Shown: piece after piece, positions 54,864 through 64,000 of the stretch
How positions within the stretch are numbered: position 1 is the first letter of the stretch
How the letters are laid out: the number at the start of each line of letters is the position of its first letter
Assembly (NCBI GenBank): GCA_963770935.1
Contig: CAVYRJ010000001.1
Coordinates: 32,001 to 96,000, forward strand
Origin: Candidatus Bathyarchaeota archaeon
GTDB lineage: Archaea > Thermoproteota > Bathyarchaeia > Bathyarchaeales > Bathycorpusculaceae
Direction: 5' to 3'
Length of the DNA: 64,000 bases
Program-made: the position numbers and the translations under genes
Notes under the pieces: model-generated
Seen by the model: the letters and a program-made list of their open reading frames with translations, nothing else
What the model was told of the DNA's origin: nothing
Databases searched by the model: none

Positions 54864-56337
54864 TTATGTGTAAGGATGAAGTTGCTCTCTAAACTTCTTG
54901 TAGTTGGTAAAAAACCACCTTAACACTTTTGTACGCCAAATGCGGTCGTTTAATGCTGTCTAGCCATGCTTTTGCTGTAGAAGGTGTTTTTTCGGAATTG
55001 ACGTAGAATATAGGACCATGAATAAAAGCGATTATAGAAGTCTCTTCGTGCATTTACTTAGTAAAATTAATTGTTAAATTGGGATTTTCAAAGACAGGTA
55101 CTTGCATGTCATAGCGACCCCAATCTGATGAAATCGGCGACCCGAGATCTTCCAATGTGCTTCTAAGAGCAGTTCCAGGATATGGAGTTGCCAAGCATAA
55201 GTAAACATAGTCTGGGTTGGCTCTTTTGATAAAGCTGAAGGTTTGTTTTAGGGTTTCGTCTGTTTCGCCAGGGTATCCGATGACAACAGACATGGCTACT
55301 GAAAGCCCTACTTCTTTTGCCAGTTTAATCGCTTTCTCATTTTGTTCAATTGTGGTTTTTTTGTTAACGGCATCCAAGATTTTCTGGCATCCTGATTCAG
55401 CTCCGAAACTAACAAGTTGGCAGTCTGCATCCCGCATTTTGACCAGAACTTCTTTGGAAATTCTGTCGACTCTCGTTTGGCAATCCCAAGGAATACCTAT
55501 ATGTCTCTTCTTGATTTCTTCACAAATAGTGATTGCTCGCTTTTGATCATAGGTAAATGCATCATCGTAAAAGCTAAAGGTGCCTGCCTTCTGTTCATTT
55601 TTTAACCATTCCAACTCGTCCACAACCTTTATTGGGTCTCTAGCCCTGAATGCTGTTCCAGCCATCCGAGACGATACGCAATATGAGCATTGGAAAGGGC
55701 AGCCTCTACTGGTTAAAACGGGGAGAATTCTTCTTCCGAAAAATTGATACTTGTCTAATGCAAAATAGTGATATGCTGGGTAAGGCAGTTCGTCAAGGTT
55801 TTGAATGAAAGGTCTGTTAGGCGTTCGAATTACCTGTCCATTTTTTCTAAAAGTAATTCCAGAAACATCATCAATATCTTCCGGGGCAGCCAATTTTTGC
55901 AGCAGGTTAAGAAAAGTTTCTTCACCTTCGCCTCTTACAATAATATCGACGTCTGGATGTTCATTTAGTATTTGGCTGTCCATAAATGTCGCATGTGGTC
56001 CACCTAAAACTACAGGTGTTTGGGGACAATTTTCTTTTGCAACTCGAGCTGCTAAAAGAGTTGACTGGATGAAGGGAGTGACAGATGTTATTCCGATTAC
56101 ATCAGGCATAAAAGAAGCTAACTTTGTCCCCAGAGTTTTGTGGTCTATTTCAAGTGCTTGGCAATCAATTAAAGCCAATTGGTAGCCTGCTTTTTCCAGA
56201 ACGGCCGCCAAATAAGCTAAACCAATAGGCAAGTTAGGACACCACATCTTGCCCATATCTAAGGTTGGAGGAATTACCAACGCTACTTTAATTTTTTTGT
56301 TCATGTCCGAAGCCTTAACATGGTCCAATAGCTTCAC
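54864..56337 (-). CDS. Cobalamin-binding radical SAM protein (C-terminus frameshifted)
   Basis: PIGLAYLAA, DVIGIT, GGPHAT, RGEGE, TSRGCPFQCSYC, YDDAF, FGAESG, ATPYPGT. Continues FYNRFYSWSYILRQ past 55054. Confidence 0.9.
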
Positions 56338-56495
56338 CGTATATGAATTAAGCTAATATCGTTACTAACTAAAAATTGAACATTATTAATGTTCTCTAAA
56401 TAAACCATTAATCAATGAAATTCCTAGTTTTGCAATTTCAAAATATCATTTTCCCTAAGTTACAAGATAAAATCCAACGAGGCTTTAACTAAGAT

Positions 56496-56513
56496 AAAAA
56501 CAAAAAAAGAAAG
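56496..56513 (-). terminator. U-tract terminator after propeller gene 5
   Basis: Minus strand CTTTCTTTTTTTGTTTTT. Confidence 0.55.
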
Positions 56514-56544
56514 TAGAGATTTTTTTAGGTGTTTGTTTAGCTGT

Positions 56545-59253
56545 TTATGGTCGTTTTCGGAGCACTAGGATGATTATTAATCCTATTGCAACGATTGCGA
56601 TGATTATGCCGATTGTTGCTGGTACGAAGTATAGGTCAGCAGTCGATTGTGGAATTGGTGTTGGTGCAGGAGTTGTTGGCTCCTCATTACCTACTGCTAG
56701 GTAAGTGGTTCCGGACGATGGTCCATATGCTGCGGAGCCTGCGAAGGTTGCGATGATTTGGTATGTGCCTGGAACTTCGGGAGTGTATGCGAATCCATAG
56801 TTGCCGTTCATGTCACTTGTTGTTGTACCGATTGAAACTAAGTTGCCGTTTGGATCAATTGCTTCTAAGGTAACTTCGACACCTTTTGCGTTTGCGGGCA
56901 TCGTGTTTCCTTGGAACAAGTGTTCCATGTACGCTTCTTGGTCTGCGTCGGATATTGCTGGTGTGCCTTTGAGTGAGAAGTCTAAGCTGCCTGCGACATT
57001 GTGTCTTCCTGATGGAGATTGGTCGGTGACTGTGCCTTGGATCATTATGCTCGCGCCTAGTGCTGGAATTGCTTGTGGTGCAGAAACTGTGGTTGCGCTT
57101 GGTCCTCTGCCTATGCAGTATATTTGGTTGTCAACGCTGTTTAGGTATACTAAGCGTCCATCTGCGACCTTGATTCCCATGGCCCAAGCGGACATCTTCC
57201 AGAGCATTTCTCCTGTGGTTAGGTCTACACACCATACGTTTGCGTCGCGTCTAATGGGGCTGTTGACTGAGTGTTCGCTAGTGTAGCAGTATGCTTTGCC
57301 GTCAGCGATAGCACCTATGTACATTGTTGTGTGCCAGTATGGAGATTCTCCTAATCCTTCGGATGGAGCTGTCCAATTCCAGAGGACGTCTCCTGTTTGT
57401 GCATCGTAACCGATTAGTACGCCAGAGTAGCCTGAGGCGATGAGTTTGTTGTCATAGTAGACTTCGTTGAGACCATAGTAATTCCATCCGTTTTCTGGTA
57501 CTGCAGTCTTCCAAACTTGTTGTCCAGTTGTTAGGTCGAAGCCCCAGCGGTTGCCTGAGATACGTTCTCTGAAGTAGAACATGTTCTCTTCTGGTACCAC
57601 TTGGCATAATTCAACTGCATCAGTTACTTGGTATCCTATGTATGTAGCGTTGGGGAAATCGGCGACTGACTTCGGTGGTGTGAATGTAGTTGTCCATAGT
57701 GTCTCTCCTACGTGGTCCGTCTTTAAGCTGATAGCTCTTAAGTAGCCTTGCACGACGCCTCTAGCATCGTTTCGTCCAGTTGTTCCAATGATGATATATT
57801 CGTCAGGAATTACTCGTCTGATGGTAGCAGTTTGGTTGACAATAGAGTTCACGTTGACTCCGTTTATCATTGTGTTTTCCATTGTTTTGTTTGCTGAGAA
57901 ACCATTTTGTCCGTTATAGGTGTTGTTTAGGTATGGTCTCCACATCCAGTAAGTATTTGACGTGGATGAAGGCTCTGTCTTAGAACCGTTATAGAGTGTT
58001 TTGTCACCAGCCGTTCCGTATGCTGCTCTCCACCAAATAGCTTCAGTTGTGTTCCAAATTTGCAGTCTATAGTTAGGTGCTGTGGTAGTGCCGAGGTTGA
58101 CCATGTTAACGTAGCATATTCCTCCGTAGCCATCTCGGTATTGTGTACCGCTGGAGGATACGTTGGCTATGCTACAGATGTAGCCATTGGAGTAAGCATC
58201 ATACATGTCCCATTTGCCCGATGTGCCTGTATTAGTAACCCAGAGGTAGGCGAATGTCCCGTGTTGGTTGGGAGTGTCCATGTATAGAATCTGACCAAAA
58301 TTGAATGCATTAATGTCCAAGCTTCCTGAGTCATCAAAGCCGCCGCTTCTGTCGATTGGGAATGATGTGTTCTGGAAGAAAATCTTTTCACCAGTGTATA
58401 AATCAATGGCCCATCGTCCAATGCGTGGAGGTGTCTCTTGCTTAATGTAGACTTTTCCTTCAAGGACTATACTTGGTGTGCCAAAGGTTTCGTATGACTG
58501 CCCGTTATAGTAGCTTTCAGCAGAATTGGCAGCATTCATTCCGTCTGCGATTCCACCTGACCAGTATGAAGTTGTCCACAAAACGTGAGCACTTTCTGGT
58601 CCTTCACTCATGGGGTTGACGTTCGTAGTTGAGCCATTAACCATGGCATAAGATCCTTAGCCATTGTCCTGCCTTAGCTGGTACCAGAGTCTGTTATTTT
58701 GGTATATTGGGCGTGTCGAGTAGTCGTTTGGAAGTGGAGTCTCTTCATATTTGGTTATTGGTTCCTGCTGTACAGTTACGTATGATGCTGGGCTAATAGC
58801 CGCTGCGAAAGTGTCGTTTGTATAGGCATGTGTCGGTTTTATATTACCTGGTGTTGGATAGCCTGTCAGTGTTGTTGCAGGGAAGAATACTTGGAATGTA
58901 TATGTGCCTAGCTGATCATATGTGTATGAGAAGTAAGCTGAGCCGACTGGGTCAGATACTAGGTTAGTTTTAGTTTCGTTAGTTCCATCGGGCTTCACAA
59001 TGTTTACGCTGTAGACAAATCTGTCACCGTATTCACCAGAAGCTGTGGGCATATAATAGTTGCACCAAATGACAAACAAACCTGATTGTCCTAGACCGAT
59101 GACTTCGGGTGAAGGTTCGCCCCAGACGTAGTTAATAAGCTCCCATGGAGGTGTGTGTGCAGTAGTAGATGGCAGAGCCATCATTGTGGTTAGCATTGAT
59201 ATTGCCAGAATCATTGTTATAGCAATAGTAATTTTACTTTTTGCAATTTTCAA
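56545..59253 (-). CDS. Surface-anchored PQQ-like beta-propeller protein, paralogue 5 (~900 aa; frameshift ~58660)
   Basis: N-terminal ORF 58657-59253 (signal peptide, DPVG, ETPLP) plus ORF 56545-58644; ends VLRKRP. Confidence 0.85.
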
Positions 59254-59453
59254 ATTTTTCTTATTCTCCTATATTTTGTGACTTATGCAAACGTAAAAAG
59301 CGCTTATTAACGTTTTCCAGATTTGCGCTTGCCTGTTGTAAATATTGGTCGTGTTTTTCTGGCAAAAACACCATAATTTTTTTAAAAAGTTAAAACTACT
59401 TTGATGAAATTGTGGAGATCAGCTCCAAACATAAATGCCAAAAATCTGCAATA

Positions 59454-60819
59454 TCAAAGTAAACCCTTCAAAAAAGTAAGAAGACCATCCCGCCGAATTC
59501 TTCGGAAAATTGTTTTCGGCGATGTGTTAAAACTCCGTTGAAAACGCTGTTGAATCTTAACCACTGATTCGTAATTAAACTGGTCAGTTTTAACGAAAGC
59601 CAAAAAATCTTCCTTTCGATCGTAAAGACCTTTCTTGAGAACTTCTTCGTCAAGACCGCTAGTTGGACAGGCTATATAGACATAGAATGTGCACCAATCT
59701 GGGCCCAACTTTTTTGCGAACTTGTAGGTTGCTTCCATATCAGCTACTGTTTCACCGGGGATTCCGAGCATAAAAGAGCAGGCTATGTTCATACGCGCTT
59801 TTCTGCAGAGCTTGAAGGCAGCCTCGATTTTTTCGGGGGTTGTGTGTGTGTTTAGTTTTTCTAGAATTCGAGGAACACCTGATTGCACCCCAAAAAATAT
59901 TGTTCTGCAACCAGCTTCATACATTTCATTAAGCAATTCTAAAGATAAGAGGTCAACTCTTGTGTCACAAGCCCATTCAATATCGAGTTTTCGCTCTTTC
60001 ATTAGACGACATATTTCAGACGTTCGTTTTTTGTTGATGGTGAAGTTGTCGTCTATGAAGTAGATACCTTTGGAACCAAATTTCTGCTTCATGTATTCGA
60101 GTTCTTCTATGACACGAAGAGGAGAGAAAGCGCGGCATTTGACCCCCAGAGATTCCGAGTTTCGCAGTAGTTGCAGTCATATGGACAGCCTCTCTGTATA
60201 TTCATTACATCAACGGGGTTAGCTTTAAGATAGCCAATTTTTCTATCATAAATTTCCATTGGTAAAAGGTGTCGTGCAGGGAAGGGTATGCTGTCTACGT
60301 CTTCGTTTATTTGTGGAGCGGTTTTAACTATTTTTCCATCTAATTTGCAGGCGACGCCTGGAATTTGGGCGATTATTCGCTTGTCGATGCCTTTTGTAAT
60401 TTGGGTTGCGAGTTCAACCATGGCTTTTTCGCCTTCGCCCATCACAGCGTAATCTATTTCTGGATTTTCAAGTGCTGTTTCAGGCAGGTATGAGGCGTGC
60501 CAACCACCAATTACCACTTTGCATGAAGGGGTCACTTCTTTGGTAATCTTTGCCATTTCCACACAGCGACGATAAGTAACTGAACCACAGGTTATACCCA
60601 CTATTTCTGGTTTGATTCTCTGTATTTCCTGCTTTACAAAATCCAGAGTTGTCCTTAACTGGTAATTATCGAGAATTTGAACTTCAAAACCGGCTTTTTC
60701 AAGAGCCCCACCAACATACGCTAATCCTAAAGGGGGAAGTTTAGCTGGCACACCCCAAGGAGAATTTAACGGTGGAATGGTCGTCATCAACAGAATCAAC
60801 GTAATTTTTCCCCAGACAT
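59454..60819 (-). CDS. Cobalamin-binding radical SAM protein (frameshifts ~60800 and ~60130)
   Basis: PPLGLAYVGG, EIVGIT, GGWHAS, GEGE, QRGCPYDCNYC, FIDDNF, DTRVD, FFGVQSG. Confidence 0.87.
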
Positions 60820-61073
60820 ATCAATTATTACACATAGCATAACTTCGTTTCATAATAAACTTAACTGTATAAGGCATAAACAACAAAATAATTGAAAAAC
60901 ACCAGAATTCGATTACTTGGTAGGAGGAGAATAAAACGAACCATCTAAACTAGGGTTTGTGAATATTAACGAGCCAATTGCAAACAAAAATCCATTTTAG
61001 CAATCAGCCTGCTAATGGGATATACTTAATTAATTCGCAATTTTAATATAAGAAAAAAAGGTCAGTTGGGTAA

Positions 61074-62516
61074 ATGCCTATTGGAGAGACAAGAAGACTC
61101 AAGATTGCGTTAGTTAGTCCTCCACCGCCATCCGTTTTAGCGTTTGTTGACTACCAAAATCCAACAGTAGGCTTAGCGATTTTGGCAGCAGTAGCAGAGA
61201 AAAACGGGCCGAAGTGACAGTATTCGACTGCCCAGCGCTCCACATGACCTACGACCAACTTAAGCAAGAAATTGGATGTTTCAAGCCTGATATAGTCGGC
61301 ATCACAGCTGTTACTCCAACGTTTTCATCAGCACTAAAAGTTGCGCAAAGCACAAAGCAAGCTTATCCACAGTCGCTGGTTGTGTTAGGAGGTCCCCACG
61401 TAACAATTTCAGATGACCAATTTATTCTACAGCACCCTGAAGTAGATGTTGTTGTTAAAGGTGAAGGCGAACAAACAATAGTTGACCTGGCGCACTACGT
61501 TTTGGGTGAGACGAATTTAGATCAGATTGCAGGAATAACATTTAAGAAAAATGAGCAAATTGTCCACACTCCAAATAGACCCTGCATTGAAAACCTCGAT
61601 GATTTGCCACCTCCAGCATACGACTATTTTCCCTTAAGCAAGTATCGGATTTTCGGCAAGCTGAGGTCTTCGATGGTAACGGGAAGGGGATTAACTCTTG
61701 CCCCACAATGCAGCTTCTGTTTGGTTCCACAAATCGGAGGCAACAGCTACCGAACGAAAACGCCCAAAGGCATCGTCGACGAGATGGAATACTTACGAAA
61801 CCACTACCACCCCCGACTTCATCTCATTCAACGATGAAGCCTTTACTTATGACCAAAAAAGAGCAGCAGCGGTCTGCTCAGAAATTCGCCAGCGAAAAAT
61901 CACAGTTCCATGGGACTGCCAAACACGAGTTGACCTGATTTCAAAAGAACTACTATACAGAATGAGAGCAGTGAATTGTCAGCTAGTTTGTTTCGGCATC
62001 GAATCGGGGAGCCAAAAAATTCTCAACGCCATGAAAAAGGACACCACAGTAGAGCAAAATGCGACCGCAATCAGATGGGCTAAAGAAGCAGGCTTATCCG
62101 TGAATGTTTCCCTGATTATTGGCTACCCCGGCGAGACCAAAGAAACACTTAAAGAGACGATAGATTTTATGAAGAAAACTGAACCTGACGACATTTTCCT
62201 GTTTCTGGCGACGCCTTATCCGAACACTGAATTGCGCGAGACAGTTCTGGATATGGGTTGGAAGATGTCGCAGGATTGGAATGACTTTGAGATGCAGTCG
62301 GCGACTTTTGAAAATATGGCGCTACCTTTTGGCAGAATTAACAATGTCCGGGAAATTTTCTATAATCAACTTTACTCGCCTGCCTATATCTTGCGACAAT
62401 CGCTAAAGCATACGATTTACAGTGGGATTATGGTACAAAATGGGCTGCATCAACTCCTTTGGCGACTTAAGTTGCCGTGGCTTTCTGCGAATTTTAAGAA
62501 GCTTCTACATATGTAG
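61074..62516 (+). CDS. Cobalamin-binding radical SAM protein (frameshifts ~61210 and ~61810)
   Basis: MPIGETRRLKIALVSPP..VGLAILAA, DIVGIT, GGPHVT, GEGE, CSFC, NDEAF, CQTRVD, FGIESG, ATPYPNT. Confidence 0.85.
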
Positions 62517-62558
62517 AGCCAAAAAAGCGGTAAAAAGCGCCCGATTACTCGGTGGTTT

Positions 62559-64000
62559 TTAGGTTATAGTGGAATCGGTGAGGCAGTAAATGTTCCAGTT
62601 ATTATTCCCCACATACAACTTTCCATCGTAGAGAGAAGCAGCTGACCAACTGTTGGAGCTTGTTTCAAAACGACTAAGCTTATCCCCAGTAGTCGCATCA
62701 AGCACGTATATTGAACGTTGATCAGTAACTACGTAGAGTTTGCCGTCAGCATAAGTTGGGGAAACATACAACTCTTCGTTAAGGAAGGCAAACCATAGAG
62801 GTTGACCGGTTTGTGCGTTAACACAAACGATAGAGTACTTATCGATTAAGAAAACTTGACCGTTCGCGTAAGCAGGAGAACATACGATTAATTCTCTTGC
62901 TGCGTCGTCGCTGAAGGTCCATATCGTTTCGCCAGTGTCGATATTTATGGCGTAGTAGGCACCCATGTTTGAGGATATGATAACCATGCCGTCGGCTACA
63001 ACTGGAGATCCGTGCAAGTCGGTGCCTCCGCCCAAGGTAATGAAATAAGGTACAGTTATCTTCCAAATCAGGACTCCCGACGCAGCGTCTAGTTTGTAAA
63101 GAGCACCTGCATCGGGTTCTTGCGAAGTAACATAAACTGCACCATTAGCAATAGCTGGAGAAGATGTAATGTACCCCAGAGTCTTAAAGGTCCAAACGAC
63201 ATCGCCATTATCGGCATCAAAACAGTACACATTCTTGTCTAATGAACCGACATAAACAAGGCCACCGACCACGGTGGGAGAAGACTTCAAACGGACCAAA
63301 GAGGCAAAGTTAGCTTCAACGTAACCTCCAGCTGATTTTTTCCAAATTAAGCTACCTTCGTTAGCGTTGAGACAATATACGTTTCCATCGTCAGGTCCTA
63401 TGTAGACTTTTCCGTTGGATAATGCAAGAGAAGATTGAATTCTGCTGGAGGTGGGGAACTTCCAGATGTAGCTGCCGTTTTGCGCATCTAGACAGTAGAC
63501 GTTTTTATCTTGTGAACCGAAAAAAACTCTGCCGTTTGCCATGCTAGGTGAGGAGCTTACAGCTCCAGTGGTCGTATAATTCCAGAGTAAAGCCAGGTTT
63601 GTTGGTCCAGACTGGGCAGCCGCTAAGTGAGCGGGGTTTTGTCTGTAGTTTGACCAAGTTTGAGGACCGAAAGCCCACACTTGACCTGCTGTGTCGTATT
63701 CTTCGCCTGATATCGAGTCAACAGCTGTTGTAACACTACCCGGAATCATGTACAGGTTGCCGTAGGCAATGACGACGGATTCTCTTGGAGCGTAAGCCTC
63801 TAGGGGCAACTGCCATATGACCGCCCCCGTGTAAGCATCGAGGCATGAAAACTCAGCCAAGCCTCCCTCGCCGATATATGAAGCTGTTTGCCCAGTGGTA
63901 GCATAGACTTTGCCGTCTGCAACGGTCGGGGTTCCTGGGAACATCAAAGTGCTTGGCCCTTGGTATTTCCACACAACATCTCCGTTGGTTACATTAAGAG
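62559..64000 (-). CDS. PQQ-like/BamB-type tandem beta-propeller repeat protein (5' part outside window)
   Basis: Many SSP.VADGKVY.GS.D..VYCLDA.TG..IW repeats. An internal WSNYRQNPAH motif suggests a second propeller. Confidence 0.85.
   Translation of the reverse strand, partial: LNVTNGDVVWKYQGPSTLMFPGTPTVADGKVYATTGQTASYIGEGGLAEFSCLDAYTGAVIWQLPLEAYAPRESVVIAYGNLYMIPGSVTTAVDSISGEEYDTAGQVWAFGPQTWSNYRQNPAHLAAAQSGPTNLALLWNYTTTGAVSSSPSMANGRVFFGSQDKNVYCLDAQNGSYIWKFPTSSRIQSSLALSNGKVYIGPDDGNVYCLNANEGSLIWKKSAGGYVEANFASLVRLKSSPTVVGGLVYVGSLDKNVYCFDADNGDVVWTFKTLGYITSSPAIANGAVYVTSQEPDAGALYKLDAASGVLIWKITVPYFITLGGGTDLHGSPVVADGMVIISSNMGAYYAINIDTGETIWTFSDDAARELIVCSPAYANGQVFLIDKYSIVCVNAQTGQPLWFAFLNEELYVSPTYADGKLYVVTDQRSIYVLDATTGDKLSRFETSSNSWSAASLYDGKLYVGNNNWNIYCLTDSTIT

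Noticed and set aside
39101-56560. Repeated A-rich/TTATGGTCGTTT motifs as a CRISPR array or IS ends
   Set aside because: Spacing is 3-6 kb and the motifs coincide with paralogue stop codons and terminators. There are no cas genes or spacer-like periodicity.
43516-57286. Recurring similar antisense ORFs (43813, 46546, 50540, 56801, 43516, 50294) that look like a repeated gene family
   Set aside because: They are reverse-strand shadows of the conserved C-terminal domains of the propeller paralogues.
39132-59253. Diversity-generating retroelement or invertase-driven shufflon as source of variation
   Set aside because: No reverse transcriptase, TR/VR pair, recombinase or inverted recombination sites were seen in the window.
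60990-61020. Imperfect hairpin between the divergent radical SAM genes
   Set aside because: Single, weak and not repeated elsewhere; insufficient support.
39132-64000. Annotation as PQQ-dependent alcohol/glucose dehydrogenases
   Set aside because: Only the propeller repeat pattern is visible. No vicinal disulfide or other quinoprotein active-site motif was recognised, and no pqq genes are present.

Overview
Archaeal chromosomal window, most likely Bathyarchaeia or a related TACK lineage. This is inferred from CarS, an STT3-like AglB, AglH, a crenarchaeal-type PolB1, a TrmB regulator and lineage-typical hypothetical families. Many genes, including normally essential ones (polB1, aglB), are broken by 1-2 nt indels, so this looks like an error-prone long-read consensus rather than mass pseudogenisation. 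Left third (1-17.7 kb): housekeeping genes (cobY, XPD, Clp1 kinase, RadB-like ATPase, carS, topA, aglB, aglH, polB1, RsmB, DUF488) plus a small membrane protein resembling the eukaryotic OST subunit OSTC/DC2. 17.7-20.5 kb: a mobile-element scar with an IS630 relic and an orphan TerS-like + TerL terminase pair, with no other virion genes. 20.5-38 kb: two moeA genes, a radical SAM-SPASM + DUF362 pair, glycosyltransferases, cobD, cbiB and an aldo/keto reductase. 38-64 kb is the most striking region. It holds five co-oriented ~810-920 aa surface-anchored beta-propeller paralogues that share invariant His/Trp motifs, an identical TM-KRP-stop C-terminus and U-tract terminators. They show mosaic N- and C-terminal modules, and three of them have conserved 5'-leader hairpins. 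They are interleaved with B12-dependent radical SAM enzymes, a surface Moco-domain protein, an amidohydrolase and a TrmB regulator. No tRNA, rRNA or CRISPR array was seen.
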